From assembly GCA_963756885.1 (NCBI GenBank), contig CAVWPG010000002.1, positions 1,977 through 65,976 of the forward strand: DNA of 64,000 nucleotides, in the 5' to 3' direction. Position 1 is the stretch's first letter. Every line of letters starts with the position of its first letter. Source of the DNA: an uncultured Bacteroidales bacterium. GTDB taxonomy: Bacteria; Bacteroidota; Bacteroidia; Bacteroidales; VadinHA17. The position numbers and the translations under genes are program-made. The notes beneath the pieces were generated by a model. It was given only the letters and a program-made list of their open reading frames with translations, did not search any database and was not told the origin of the DNA. Of the stretch, positions 31,434 through 40,104 are shown in pieces.

Positions 31434-32143
31434 GAATCATTGTTGCCATGGACATAATCGGCGGCAAATGTGTCCGCCTGACAAAAGGAGATTTCGGTAC
31501 AAAAAAAATTTATAGTGATGATCCGCTTGAGGTAGCCAGGGAGGTTGAGGATAACGGCATAAGATACCTGCACCTTGTCGATCTCGACGGCGCCAGGAAT
31601 AAAAAGATCACCAACCTTCAGATACTTGAAAATATCGCCGGCAGGACGGACCTTAAAATTGATTTCGGCGGAGGGATCAGGACCGGGGAGGATCTCCGGA
31701 CTGTTTTCAATGCGGGGGCTGTGCAGGCTACTGCCGGCAGCATTGCAGCATCAGATCCTGAACTATTCCTGAAATGGCTGTCGGAACATGGTCCGGAAAA
31801 GCTTATACTGGGCGCTGATTATAAAGGCCGTAAGATCTCTGCCGCGGGCTGGCTCGAAAATTCCGCTATCGGGCTAACCGATTTTCTGACCAGTTACAGC
31901 AAAAAGGGGGTGCAATACGTTATATGCACCGATATCGAGAGGGACGGAATGCTGATGGGACCAGCAGTGGCAATGTACAGGGAAATTCTTGAACAGACCA
32001 AAATAAATCTCATAGCCAGCGGAGGCATTTCGTCACTTGAAGACATTGAAGAGATCAGGGAGGCGGGCTGCGAAGGGGTTATTGTAGGCAAAGCCTTTTA
32101 TGAAGGAAGGATAACATTAAAAGAACTGGGAAAACAATGCTGA
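31430..32143 (+). CDS. hisA: 1-(5-phosphoribosyl)-5-[(5-phosphoribosylamino)methylideneamino]imidazole-4-carboxamide isomerase
   Basis: 237 aa. [13 protein letters not shown] and IASGGISS motifs. Confidence 0.9.
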   Translation: MRIIVAMDIIGGKCVRLTKGDFGTKKIYSDDPLEVAREVEDNGIRYLHLVDLDGARNKKITNLQILENIAGRTDLKIDFGGGIRTGEDLRTVFNAGAVQATAGSIAASDPELFLKWLSEHGPEKLILGADYKGRKISAAGWLENSAIGLTDFLTSYSKKGVQYVICTDIERDGMLMGPAVAMYREILEQTKINLIASGGISSLEDIEEIREAGCEGVIVGKAFYEGRITLKELGKQC

Positions 32144-32898
32144 AAAGAAGAATAATACCCTGTCTCGATATCAAGGATGGGAGAACCGTGAAGGGAGTTA
32201 ATTTCCTTAACCTTGTCGATGCCGGCGATCCCGTCGAGCTGGCAAAAGAATATGTCAGGCAGGGGGCCGACGAGCTTGTATTCCTCGATATAACAGCCAC
32301 TATCGAGAACAGGAAAACACTGGCCGGACTCGTGGAAAGGATTGCGGCAGAGATCAATATCCCGTTCACAGTCGGGGGTGGCACCGACACCGTCGGGGAT
32401 GTTGCACTGCTGCTGAAGGCAGGTGCCGATAAGGTTACCGTCAATTCGGCAGCGGTCAAAAGGCCCGGACTGATCTCAGAGCTTGCCGGCCAGTTCGGCA
32501 ACCAGTGCATAGTAGTCGCAATCGATACACGCTTTGTTGATGATGAATGGATCGTTTTTGTTAACGGCGGCCGCACCCCCACCCCACTCAGGACAATAAG
32601 CTGGGCCCGCAGGGCGGAAGAGCTTGGCGCCGGGGAAATACTCCTCACCTCCATGAACAACGACGGCACGAAATCGGGATTCTCGATCGATATTACAGCC
32701 GATGTGAGCCGCAGCATCAACATACCCGTCATAGCTTCGGGTGGAGCGGGTACAATGCAGCACTTCAGGGAGGTATTCAACAATACCGGATGCAGTGCAG
32801 CCCTCGCGGCAAGTATCTTCCATTTCGGGGAGATAGATATCAGGGATCTGAAGAAATACCTGACCGATGAAAATATATCTGTAAGATTGCAACCATAA
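32137..32898 (+). CDS. hisF: imidazole glycerol phosphate synthase, cyclase subunit
   Basis: 253 aa. [38 protein letters not shown] and IASGGAG. Confidence 0.95.
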   Translation: MLKRRIIPCLDIKDGRTVKGVNFLNLVDAGDPVELAKEYVRQGADELVFLDITATIENRKTLAGLVERIAAEINIPFTVGGGTDTVGDVALLLKAGADKVTVNSAAVKRPGLISELAGQFGNQCIVVAIDTRFVDDEWIVFVNGGRTPTPLRTISWARRAEELGAGEILLTSMNNDGTKSGFSIDITADVSRSINIPVIASGGAGTMQHFREVFNNTGCSAALAASIFHFGEIDIRDLKKYLTDENISVRLQP

Positions 32899-33014
32899 TT
32901 AAAGCTCTCCGTGGCCCTCTGCACCCGCTCTGCGGATCCCTGTGAAATGGAAAATAAATGCAGGAAAACCGGAAGGCACACTGAGCTCACACAGCATCAA
33001 ATAATATATCAACT

Positions 33015-33608
33015 ATGAACAGGATTGACTTCAGCAAAGGAAACGGGCTCGTACCGGCAGTTATCCAGGACAACAGCACTCTTCAGGTCCTGATGGTGGG
33101 CTACATGAATGAGGAGGCACTTGAAAAAACAAGGAGTGAAAAGATTGTAACCTTTTTCAGCCGGAGCAAAAACAGGCTCTGGACCAAAGGGGAGACCTCC
33201 GGAAACCGGATGTTCGTGGAATCTATTCAGGCTGACTGCGATAACGATACGATCCTTATAAAGGTAAGCCCCACCGGGCCTGTCTGCCATACAGGAAGCA
33301 CATCCTGCTTTGCCGAGGAGACTGCCAAAGGATTCATTTACAAGCTTGAGAAGGTGATCAGTCAGCGCATCGACGACAACAGTACCGAATCATATACGAA
33401 TAAGCTTTACCGGAAGGGGATCAATAAGGTGGCGCAGAAGGTAGGTGAAGAGGCTGTGGAGCTTGTTATTGAGGCCAAGGATGATAATCTGGAGCTTTTC
33501 AAAAATGAAGCAGCCGACCTTCTGTATCATCTGCTGGTTCTGTTAAAGGCCAAAGGTGTCAGCTTTCAGGATGTGGAGGAGGTACTGAAGGAGAGGCATA
33601 AGCCATAG
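33015..33608 (+). CDS. hisI: bifunctional phosphoribosyl-AMP cyclohydrolase / phosphoribosyl-ATP pyrophosphatase
   Basis: 197 aa. GLVPAVIQD, SRSKNRLWTKGETSGN, DCDNDTIL..GPVCHTG, then a HisE-type helical C-terminus EEAVELVIEA..EAADLLYHLLVLL. Confidence 0.9.
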   Translation: MNRIDFSKGNGLVPAVIQDNSTLQVLMVGYMNEEALEKTRSEKIVTFFSRSKNRLWTKGETSGNRMFVESIQADCDNDTILIKVSPTGPVCHTGSTSCFAEETAKGFIYKLEKVISQRIDDNSTESYTNKLYRKGINKVAQKVGEEAVELVIEAKDDNLELFKNEAADLLYHLLVLLKAKGVSFQDVEEVLKERHKP

Positions 33609-33731
33609 ACAGCTTCTGCACAGGGTGAGGTACCTGCCTCATTAAATGGCGATTTACGCTGAAATGTGATTTTTGCCGCCTGAACGGGATCCGGAGCCTG
33701 GAGGAATACCTGGAAAAGGGAATGGAATAAT

Positions 33732-34020
33732 GGCTCGCAGATGACACAGATTCGGCAGATCTGCACTGGTTTTATGCCCCCTTTAGGGGTCCCGATAGCT
33801 ATCGGGAGGGGGCAAAAAACAGTGGGGAGAGTCACGGTGCTGGGTGCTTGGTACTGGGTACTTGGTGCGGGGTGTTGGGTGCTCGGTCGATCAGAGCGTA
33901 GAGCGTAGAGCGCAGGCTATTATGATGTAGATTCAGCATATCTGCACTGGTTTTATTCCCCCTTTAGGGGGTTGGGGGGCAAAAAACAGGAGGTGGCAGG
34001 ACAAAAAGGCAAAAGGGGGA
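33732..34020. repeat. mosaic repeat block R5
   Basis: Two reverse-orientation copies of the CAGATCTG 35-mer, palindrome 33790-33807 flanked by CCCCCTTTAGGGG / GGGGGCAAAAAAC, heptad tract GGTGCTG x7 (33836-33884), and AGCGTAG x3 (33895-33915). Confidence 0.9.
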
Positions 34021-34092
34021 CAAAAAAATTGATATCTTAAACAATAACTGCAGTTATTACGAATTTTTCTTTGATATATTCAAAAAAGTATA

Positions 34093-34100
34093 TATTTTTG
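34093..34100 (+). promoter_or_regulatory. -7 promoter box TATTTTTG for the Phe/Tyr leader
   Basis: Exact TAnnTTTG match, ending 20 nt upstream of the leader ATG. Confidence 0.5.
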
Positions 34101-34120
34101 CAAGCTAAGAAAACAGACAG

Positions 34121-34186
34121 ATGAATATTGTGTACAATTATTTTATCTCCTTTTATTACTTCTTTTTTTACTTTAAAAAGAGATAG
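34121..34186 (+). CDS. putative Phe/Tyr leader peptide MNIVYNYFISFYYFFFYFKKR
   Basis: 21-codon ORF with 6 Phe and 5 Tyr codons (11 of 21), followed by an intrinsic terminator and pheA. Confidence 0.65.
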   Translation: MNIVYNYFISFYYFFFYFKKR

Positions 34187-34225
34187 GGGATTTTTGTATA
34201 CAGATAAATAAAATTTATATGAAGC

Positions 34226-34255
34226 AAGGGTCCCGGAAAGGGGCCCTTCTTTTTT
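34226..34255 (+). terminator. intrinsic terminator (attenuator) upstream of pheA
   Basis: AAGGGTCCC-GGAAA-GGGGCCCTT, a 9-bp stem with one G-U, then CTTTTTT. Ends about 15 nt before the pheA ATG. Confidence 0.7.
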
Positions 34256-34269
34256 AATACACATTGATT

Positions 34270-35100
34270 ATGAAAGTAGCTGTACAGGGAGAGACCGGAT
34301 CATTTCACGAAGTTGCTGCAAGGCAATACTTCAGTTACGATGAAGTTGAAATTATTCCGTGCTCCACATTCGACCTGACGCTGAACACCCTGAAGGCCGG
34401 GGAAGCCGATTTTGCAGTTATGGCCATTGAGAATGCCCGCTCGGGCAGCATACTCTATAACTATACACTTATAAGGGAATCGGGACTGAAGATCCTTGGA
34501 GAGCATAACCTGAGGATAAAGCAGAACCTTATGGCGCTGCCGGGTCAGCAGATCACCGGTATAAGGGAGATAAGATCCCATCCGATTGCCCTTGCCCAGT
34601 GCATGACTTTCCTAAACCAGTTTCCCGGGATAACCCTTATCGAGGCGGAGGATACGGCAGGAAGTGCCAGGCAGATACGCGAGAACAACCTGACCGGAGT
34701 TGCTGCCATCGCCTCAGGAATATCCGCTGAGATCTACGGGCTCGACATACTTGCAGAAGGGATCGAGACCTACAAGCAGAATTATACCCGTTTTCATATT
34801 ATAGGCAGCGAAGACAAGGGAAATACGAAGGGGAATAAGGTATCAATATGCTTCTCGACGGGCCACCGGCCGGGATCCCTGGCAAAGGTGCTCGTAAAGC
34901 TCGCAGAGCTTCAGATCAACCTTTCGAAGATCCAGTCGGTTCCAAGGCTCAACGGGGAATGGGAGTACATGTTCTATGTCGACCTCGAACTCAACAAGAA
35001 TACAAAATCCGAAGTGATCAGAAGGGTGCTCGCAGAATATACAAGCAACCTTGAAATACTGGGTGTTTACTTTAAAGGAGATATGATGTATGAAAGTTAA
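34270..35100 (+). CDS. pheA: prephenate dehydratase (with C-terminal ACT domain)
   Basis: VAVQGETGSFHEVAA start region, TRF motif (YTRFHIIG), and ACT region SICFSTGHRPGSLAKVL. The ORF track starts at TTG 34264; ATG 34270 is more plausible. Confidence 0.9.
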   Translation: MKVAVQGETGSFHEVAARQYFSYDEVEIIPCSTFDLTLNTLKAGEADFAVMAIENARSGSILYNYTLIRESGLKILGEHNLRIKQNLMALPGQQITGIREIRSHPIALAQCMTFLNQFPGITLIEAEDTAGSARQIRENNLTGVAAIASGISAEIYGLDILAEGIETYKQNYTRFHIIGSEDKGNTKGNKVSICFSTGHRPGSLAKVLVKLAELQINLSKIQSVPRLNGEWEYMFYVDLELNKNTKSEVIRRVLAEYTSNLEILGVYFKGDMMYES

Positions 35101-36250
35101 GCCAGCCGCCAGAACCGGAAATGTCAGCGAATATTATTTTTCGCAAAAGCTCGCACAGATCGACAGGATGCGGAAAGAAGGAGCCGACATCATCAATCTT
35201 GGAATAGGAAGCCCCGATCAGGCTCCTTCCGACAGCACGATAGCAAGCCTTATCTCTTATGCTGTAAGGGAAACATCGCACGGGTACCAGAGCTACAAGG
35301 GGATCCCTGAACTCAGAATGGCATTCGCCGGCTGGTACAGAAAATATTTCCGTGTTGCGCTCGATCCTGAAAGTGAAATACTTCCCCTCATGGGCAGCAA
35401 GGAGGGGATAATGCATATCAGCCTGGCCTATGTGAATCCCGGCGATGAAGTACTGATCCCTGACCCCGGCTATCCGACATATTCATCCGTAACAAGCCTG
35501 GTGGGAGGAATAGTAAGGAAGTATGACCTGAAGGAGAGCAACGGATGGCTCCCCGATATGGAGGCTCTCGAAAACACCGATCTGTCGGGGGTTAAGCTGA
35601 TGTGGATAAACTATCCCCATATGCCTACGGGCACAAGGGGGTCAACTCAGCTCTTCAGAAGACTTGTGGACTTTGCTGCAAAACATAATATCCTGCTCTG
35701 CAATGACAATCCATACAGCTTCATCCTGAACAATGACTACCACAGCATTTTGGAAACAGAAGGTGCCATGGACACTGCGCTCGAGCTCAACTCGCTGAGC
35801 AAATCCCAGAATATGGCGGGATGGAGGATCGGGATGGTTGCCGGGCACAGCGATTATATAAAGGAGATCCTCAAGGTGAAGAGCAATATGGATTCGGGTA
35901 TGTTCCTTCCGATGCAGATGGCTGCCGTGGAAGCCCTTCATAACCCCGAGTCGTGGTACGATAAGGTAAATGCTGTATATGCAGCGCGCAGGAAAACAGT
36001 TGAAGAGATCATGGATATCCTTGGCTGCAGCTACGATCCGGGACAGTCAGGGCTTTTCATGTGGGGAAGGATCCCAGGCAGTGCCGGTGATTGCGAAGCC
36101 TGGGTTGAGGACATTCTGAACGGATCGCATGTATTCGTTACGCCGGGGTTCATCTTCGGCAATAACGGAAACCGGCATATAAGGATCTCCCTGTGCGCCA
36201 CGCAGAAAAGACTGGAAGAGGCGAAGGAGAGGCTTGAAAGGAGAAAGTAG
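35090..36250 (+). CDS. class I/II PLP-dependent aminotransferase (probable aromatic / prephenate aminotransferase)
   Basis: 386 aa. NLGIGSPD, NYPHMPTG and SLSKSQNMAGWRIG (PLP lysine). Operon context between pheA and tyrA. Confidence 0.8.
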   Translation: MKVKPAARTGNVSEYYFSQKLAQIDRMRKEGADIINLGIGSPDQAPSDSTIASLISYAVRETSHGYQSYKGIPELRMAFAGWYRKYFRVALDPESEILPLMGSKEGIMHISLAYVNPGDEVLIPDPGYPTYSSVTSLVGGIVRKYDLKESNGWLPDMEALENTDLSGVKLMWINYPHMPTGTRGSTQLFRRLVDFAAKHNILLCNDNPYSFILNNDYHSILETEGAMDTALELNSLSKSQNMAGWRIGMVAGHSDYIKEILKVKSNMDSGMFLPMQMAAVEALHNPESWYDKVNAVYAARRKTVEEIMDILGCSYDPGQSGLFMWGRIPGSAGDCEAWVEDILNGSHVFVTPGFIFGNNGNRHIRISLCATQKRLEEAKERLERRK

Positions 36251-36400
36251 AAAGGAGAAAGGAGAAGAGAAAGAGAAAGGAAAAAGGAGAAAGGCAAATG
36301 GCGAAAGTTACACGTTACGGATTCCCCCTTTGAAGGGGCCCGATAGCTATCGGAAGGGGGATGTAAAAGGCGCAGGGCGAAGGGCAACCAGAGCCATTCA
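36245..36400. repeat. mosaic repeat block R6 (polypurine tract plus palindrome) inside the aminotransferase-tyrA gap
   Basis: About 85 nt of almost pure A/G (36215-36300), then CCCCCTTTGAAGGGGCCCGATAGCTATCGGAAGGGGG (36325-36360). Confidence 0.8.
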
Positions 36401-36451
36401 TCCGGCAAATAATATACAGGGAACAATTTTTTTACAATTAATAAACAAAAC

Positions 36452-37297
36452 ATGACAATTGCAGTTATTGGAGTAGGGCTCATAGGCGGTTCTCTTGCCC
36501 TGGATCTCCGTAAGAGGGGATTTGCGGAAAGGATCATAGGAGTTGACAATAATATCCATCATCAGAATATAGCCCTTTTATGCGGATTGGTTGACGGGAA
36601 TGATACGCTTGAAAACGCTATAGACAAGAGCGACCTTATCATCCTCACCACACCGGTCAATACGAATTGCACGATGCTGCCCGGAATCCTTGACAGGATA
36701 GCCGGAACAACAAAAGTGGTTACAGACATGGGGTCGACGAAGGCAAGCATAGCTGTAGCATCTGCGGATCACCCCGCAAGGGGACGGTATGTGGCCGTCC
36801 ATCCGATGGCAGGAACCGAATTTTCGGGTCCGCTTGCAGCTATCGGAAAGCTCTTTGACTATAAGAATGTTGTAATCTGCGACAGGGAGCGCTCGGATCC
36901 GGATGCCCTCCTGCTGGTGGAACAAATGCTGGACACTCTGAATATGCGCAAGATCTATATGAACTCAGGCGATCACGATGTACACGTTGCATATATATCG
37001 CATATCTCCCACATAACGTCATTTTCACTTGCATTGTGCGTGCTCGACAAGGAGCAGGAGGAACAGAACATCCTGTCGATCGCAAGTGCCGGATTTGAGA
37101 GCACTGTAAGGCTCGCCAAGAGTAACGGGGATACATGGGCCCCTATCTTCGTTGAAAATGCCAGCCCTATCCTCGAAGTAATGGATACATATATTGAAAA
37201 GATGAACTCTTTCAGGAGAATGATAGCCGGAAAAGATGTCGAAGGGTTGAAGTCGCTGATGGAAGAGGCAAATAAGATCAGGAAAATATTGAACTAA
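36452..37297 (+). CDS. tyrA: prephenate dehydrogenase
   Basis: 281 aa. Rossmann IAVIGVGLIGGSLALDL, HPMAG and SHISH motifs. Confidence 0.85.
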   Translation: MTIAVIGVGLIGGSLALDLRKRGFAERIIGVDNNIHHQNIALLCGLVDGNDTLENAIDKSDLIILTTPVNTNCTMLPGILDRIAGTTKVVTDMGSTKASIAVASADHPARGRYVAVHPMAGTEFSGPLAAIGKLFDYKNVVICDRERSDPDALLLVEQMLDTLNMRKIYMNSGDHDVHVAYISHISHITSFSLALCVLDKEQEEQNILSIASAGFESTVRLAKSNGDTWAPIFVENASPILEVMDTYIEKMNSFRRMIAGKDVEGLKSLMEEANKIRKILN

Positions 37298-37312
37298 TAA
37301 AATAATCAAATC

Positions 37313-38428
37313 ATGGAAGTTAAGCTGGAGAATCCACTAATCAAAGACTGGAGAGGTTACAAGGGCAGGCCCTTTTTAATCTCCGGTCCATGCAGCGCAG
37401 AGACGGAGGATCAGGTTATGGAAACAGCCAGGCAGCTGGCTGCAATAAACCAGGTCAGTGTTTATCGCGCCGGCATCTGGAAACCCAGGACCCGTCCCAA
37501 TTCCTTCGAAGGGGTTGGCAGCGAAGGTCTGAAATGGCTGAGGAGGGTTAAGCAGGAGACAGGCCTGCTGGTTGGGACCGAAGTGGCCAACGAGAAGCAT
37601 GTCTATGAAGCCCTCAAATACGGCATCGATATGCTGTGGATCGGGGCCAGGACATCTGTAAATCCCTTCACAGTGCAGGAGATCTCAGATGCGCTGCAGG
37701 GCGTTGATGTCATGGTGCTTGTCAAGAATCCGATCAACCCCGACATAGAACTATGGATCGGAGCCATCGAGCGAGTCGCAAGGGCGGGAATCACAAGGAT
37801 CGGGGCCATACATCGCGGCTTCTCGTCGTATGAGAAGACTGTGTACAGGAACCAGCCCAACTGGCAGCTACCCATAGAGCTTCGCAGGCGTATCCCCGAT
37901 CTGCCGATAATATGCGACCCGAGCCACATCGGGGGGGCGAGACCCTTCCTGCACGAGATCTCACAGAAAGCCATGGACCTGAACTTCGACGGACTGATGA
38001 TCGAATCTCATATAAATCCTGCGAAAGCACTGAGCGATGCAGCCCAGCAGCTCACTCCCAATGATCTGAAGGAGCTGTTGAGCAGGCTCATCTACAGGAG
38101 CCCCGATACCTCCGATCCCAAACTGCTCGACGTGCTCGGCGAACTGAGGCAGCAGATCGATATTTACGATGACCACCTTCTTGACCTGATGGAAAAAAGA
38201 ATGAAGGTTGCAGAAACTATCGGGCACTATAAAAAGGAAAATAATATCACTATCTTGCAGAGTCTCCGGTGGGATGAAATTATAAGAAAAGCCATCATCA
38301 AAGGGAAGGAAAAGGGACTCAGCCCTGAACTTATCGATGCGATTTTCAAGGCAATACACCAGGAATCGATCAACCACCAGATGAGAGTCATGAACAACGG
38401 AGTGAAAGACAAGGCGGAAAAAAAATAA
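37313..38428 (+). CDS. bifunctional 3-deoxy-7-phosphoheptulonate (DAHP) synthase type I-beta / chorismate mutase type II
   Basis: 371 aa. The N-terminal part (SGPCSAE, YRAGIWKPRT, CDPSH) is KDO8PS-like DAHPS. The C-terminal ~90 aa (LRQQIDIYDDHLLDLMEKRMKVAETIGHYK) is CM type II-like. Confidence 0.85.
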   Translation: MEVKLENPLIKDWRGYKGRPFLISGPCSAETEDQVMETARQLAAINQVSVYRAGIWKPRTRPNSFEGVGSEGLKWLRRVKQETGLLVGTEVANEKHVYEALKYGIDMLWIGARTSVNPFTVQEISDALQGVDVMVLVKNPINPDIELWIGAIERVARAGITRIGAIHRGFSSYEKTVYRNQPNWQLPIELRRRIPDLPIICDPSHIGGARPFLHEISQKAMDLNFDGLMIESHINPAKALSDAAQQLTPNDLKELLSRLIYRSPDTSDPKLLDVLGELRQQIDIYDDHLLDLMEKRMKVAETIGHYKKENNITILQSLRWDEIIRKAIIKGKEKGLSPELIDAIFKAIHQESINHQMRVMNNGVKDKAEKK

Positions 38429-38443
38429 AACATTCAGATATTC

Positions 38444-39695
38444 ATGGAAAGATGTGTAGAACCCTCAGAAGTTAAAGGACATATAAAAGCCCCTGCCTCC
38501 AAGAGCATGACCCAGCGAGCTATTGCTGCCGCCCTTCTGGCTGACGGGGAAAGCACCATCATCAATCCATCATATTGTGACGACTCTCTTGCTGCAATGA
38601 GCATCGCATGCGGCCTGGGAGCAAAGGTAGATCCCATACCAAGCGAACTGAAGATCAGGGGCGCCAGGATCCTCAAGGAGGAAAAGCTTAATTGCGGGGA
38701 ATCCGGACTGGCTGTCAGGATGTTTTCGCCCATAGCCGCCCTGTATCCTGCCGAGATTACAATGGCCGGGGCCAATTCCCTGAAAAAGCGCCCTATGGGG
38801 ATGATCGAGGAGGCGCTGACCCAGCTTGGAGTACAGTGCACAACATCAGAGGGTTTTCTTCCCCTTACGATCAGGGGACCCATTAAGGGGGGAAATTGCG
38901 AAATTGACGGCTCCGTAAGCAGCCAGCTTCTTACAGGACTTCTCATGGCTCTGCCACTGGCAGAAAAAGATTCGGTGATCAGGGTTAAAAACCTTAAAAG
39001 CAAGCCCTATATCGACATGACCATACAGCTGCTGCAGACTTTCGGCATCAGCGTTCAATGCGATGATTATGAAGTGTTCAGAATACAGGGCAACCAGCGT
39101 TACACTCCAAAAAAATTTGCCATCGAAGGCGACTGGAGCGGCGGGGCTTTCCTGCTCGTTGCAGGAGCAATAAACGGCGACCTCAGGGTACAGGGTCTGC
39201 GCACGGACAGCAAGCAAAGCGATATGGCCATCCTCACCGCACTTGAAAAGGCAGGTTCAAAAATACACATAATGGAGGATCAGATAGATATCTCCAGATC
39301 GGAACTAAAATCATTCGAGTTCGATGCTACCGAATCACCCGACCTCTTTCCTCCTCTGGTGGCGCTCGCAGCCTATTCGGATGGTGTCTCGGTAATAAAA
39401 GGGGTCTCAAGGCTCATTTACAAGGAGAGCGACCGTGCCTCTGCACTCAGGGACGAATTCGGAAAAATGAACATAAATATCGAGATCAGCGGTGACAGCA
39501 TGAAAGTGACCGGAGGCCGCCCAACAGCCGCACGGGTTGAGTCTCACGACGACCACCGCATTGCCATGGCCGTTGCTGTAGCTGCATTAAGGGCAACGGG
39601 CAAGGTTAGTATACAGGGATTCACAGTGCGTTGCAAAATCATACCCCGGCTTTTTTGACGATCTGAGGCATCTCGGAGCAATCGTCCGCGAATAA
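38444..39695 (+). CDS. aroA: 3-phosphoshikimate 1-carboxyvinyltransferase (EPSP synthase) with an apparent 1-nt frameshift near the 3' end (GGG run 39616-39618)
   Basis: APASKSMTQRA, KKRPMG, SSQ, KSKPYIDMT, GDWSGGAF and HDDHRIAMA motifs. The tracked ORF ends at 39658 in ...FTVRCKIIPRLF. The +1 frame instead reads the conserved end CVAKSYPGFFDDLRHLGAIVRE, with stop at 39693-39695. Confidence 0.85.
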
Positions 39696-39905
39696 ATACA
39701 ATGCCATCCCGGCCAGTATAGCAAGGGCTCTTAACCTTCTATTCAAATAGCAGTTCAATCAGACATATCACAGAGAGCCCGGGAGAGGGCAATCGATTTT
39801 CAAGCAAAATGCTGATATTGATTTCAGTTGCCAAGGAGAAACGGTCATTGAATCATGATTTTTTAGAAAAATTCCGATTTTTTAATTATAATTTAAAAAT
39901 TTATT

Positions 39906-39913
39906 TATTTTTG
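39906..39913 (+). promoter_or_regulatory. -7 promoter box TATTTTTG for the Trp leader
   Basis: Exact TAnnTTTG match, ending 29 nt upstream of the leader ATG. Confidence 0.5.
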
Positions 39914-39942
39914 TAGCTGTACATAAAAAAAGTAAATACCGA

Positions 39943-40005
39943 ATGAGATTGAGAATGTTTTACGATTGGTCCTGGCGCAGCTTGAATTATAATGCTGTGA
40001 AATAG
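39943..40005 (+). CDS. putative Trp leader peptide MRLRMFYDWSWRSLNYNAVK
   Basis: 20-codon ORF with two Trp codons (39967-39969, 39973-39975). Its last three sense codons GCTGTGAAA (39994-40002) are perfectly complementary to TTTCACAGC (40048-40056) inside the terminator. Confidence 0.7.
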   Translation: MRLRMFYDWSWRSLNYNAVK

Positions 40006-40037
40006 GCCGTTGTATAACATTTATTTGATACTGATAT

Positions 40038-40066
40038 AAGGCACGCTTTTCACAGCGTGCCTTTTT
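40038..40066 (+). terminator. intrinsic terminator (attenuator) upstream of trpB2
   Basis: AAGGCACGCT-TTTCAC-AGCGTGCCTT, a perfect 10-bp stem, followed by TTTAATTT (the T-run continues out of the 3' arm). About 40 nt before the trpB2 ATG. Confidence 0.75.
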
Positions 40067-40104
40067 AATTTGCCATCATTAAACAACCATAAAAAATCAG
40101 AAAA

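Noticed and set aside
32079-32990. 303-aa minus-strand ORF
   Set aside because: Antisense to hisF. Ser/Pro/Ala-rich shadow translation.
34037-34264. 75-aa minus-strand ORF upstream of pheA
   Set aside because: It lies in AT-rich promoter and leader DNA, antisense to the Phe/Tyr leader ORF and terminator. The leader interpretation explains the region better.
36031-36549. 172-aa minus-strand ORF and the 73-aa plus-strand ORF at 36234-36455
   Set aside because: They translate the polypurine/polypyrimidine tract and repeat block R6, giving low-complexity KEKGE or LSLSL strings. They overlap the ends of two well-supported genes.
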